DNA of 64,000 bases. It comes from Eledone cirrhosa. Taxonomy: Eukaryota. The DNA is taken from assembly GCA_964016885.1 (NCBI GenBank), contig OZ024749.1:8742001-8806000 (forward strand), read 5' to 3'. Below, one piece after another: positions 62,720-64,000 of the stretch. The number at the start of each line of letters is the position of its first letter. Positions within the stretch are counted from its first letter, which is position 1. The notes under the pieces were generated by a model that had not been told where the DNA came from, did no database searches, and was given only the letters and a program-made list of their open reading frames with translations. The translations under genes and the position numbers were made by a program.

Positions 62720-63206
62720 TTTGCTGCAAGAGATAATAACAGTCGAATATATATACATATATGTTAATTCTGGGAAACTGGAATGGAGGACCTTTCTAAT
62801 GATTCAGAAATCTCCACTGTTAAACTAATCGATGGGATATGGAGGAGGTGTGTCAGTGTTCTTTGTTCTCTCCTTCGAAGTCCCATTGTTCATATCTGTT
62901 AACCCATTGTACTTTTTATAATAATTACAAATGAGAATCTACAGCCAGGCTACTAGAGTTGAAGGTTTTACATTGGTTTAACAAGAGTTGCCACCGGTAG
63001 ATAGAACCAGCAATGGAAACACCAATGGAAACATTGTTTCATTGGTCCAATTTGACGAGTGCCACACCACGTGGTAAGCAAATGCGGTCTGGGGCCTTTT
63101 CGATCAATCGATAAAATAAATGAAAACCATAACTGTTCTATTTTCCACAATTTTAGATTACTTGAATATTTTCTAACACGCTGACGCGTGTGTGTATATG
63201 TATATT

Positions 63207-63259
<53 letters not shown>

Positions 63260-64000
63260 ATGTGCGTGTGTATATATGTGCATGTGCATATATTTATAGG
63301 TATGAGTATATAAATATAAATGCACAGACACACAAAACTACAGACTCACAGGCATACATTCAGACAAACACACACACATTTACGCAAGTAGATACATACA
63401 CATACGCTCACACGCAGCGTTGCAAATGGAACGCCAGCCACTTTTTGCAATAGTTATTTCACCATCCCCTTCCTTCCTTCCTTTTACACACACATACAAT
63501 CGCACAAACACATACACACAAAGTGTGACGGACGGAAATCACTCAAATTATATATAGATTTTAGATAATTTTTAGACAATAAAATCACATGCCTTGGTCA
63601 TCTGACCTCTATAACTTCCATGTTCCATAGAATAACATCAACTCTGTTGTTTGTACAACGGATTGTTGGTTTAGTTGGTATGCTCCACTAGCTTCCCTTA
63701 TTTTATAACCTGTGGAGGAGACATTCTGGCTATTGTGTGCCTCAGCAATATAACTTCACCTTCACCCATCTTATAATTCATTCATATTTATATCACCTGG
63801 AAAGTTTCTAAAGACTCAGTTCTCAACATAGATTTCATTCTAATTACATTCAGCCAGATGACAATATCGTATGTATGACTGAGTCGCAAGACGTGTTTTG
63901 AGCATTTTAAACCTGGCGGAGGTCATTCCTCTCATGTTAATCGATACATCGACCTCCACTATTCAATCAACTCTCTGAAACGATCGTAAAACGATGAACT

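Noticed and set aside
62827-62897. Possible terminal exon on the minus strand ending ...TDTPPPYPID*
   Set aside because: The upstream AG lacks a polypyrimidine tract and no partner exons were found. It needs RNA-seq evidence.

Overview
Eukaryotic, AT-rich, repeat-dominated DNA. The microsatellite load and tRNA-derived SINEs look cephalopod/octopus-like (inference only). I found no convincing host gene, and nearly all long ORFs in the track are translations of simple repeats. The window holds decayed retroelements: two Penelope-like elements (PLEs) with GIY-YIG endonuclease remnants, two R4/Dong-type RLE LINEs, several RTE-type fragments, a Tx1/L1-like 3' end and many SINEs. It also holds nested hAT-like and piggyBac-like MITEs and several tandem arrays. 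Three observations stand out. (1) About 17 type I hammerhead-ribozyme (HHR) motifs of many sequence families, found by eye, mostly in short fold-back insertions in (TA)n. (2) One of these insertions is a non-coding 522-nt unit running exactly from one HHR cleavage site to the next, which is retrozyme-like. (3) A 6.6-kb satellite of about 54 x 122/123 bp whose monomer is a piece of an RTE LINE ORF, still attached to that LINE's 3' end. Coordinates were counted by hand and may be off by a few bases. RNA folds were paired manually, not computed.
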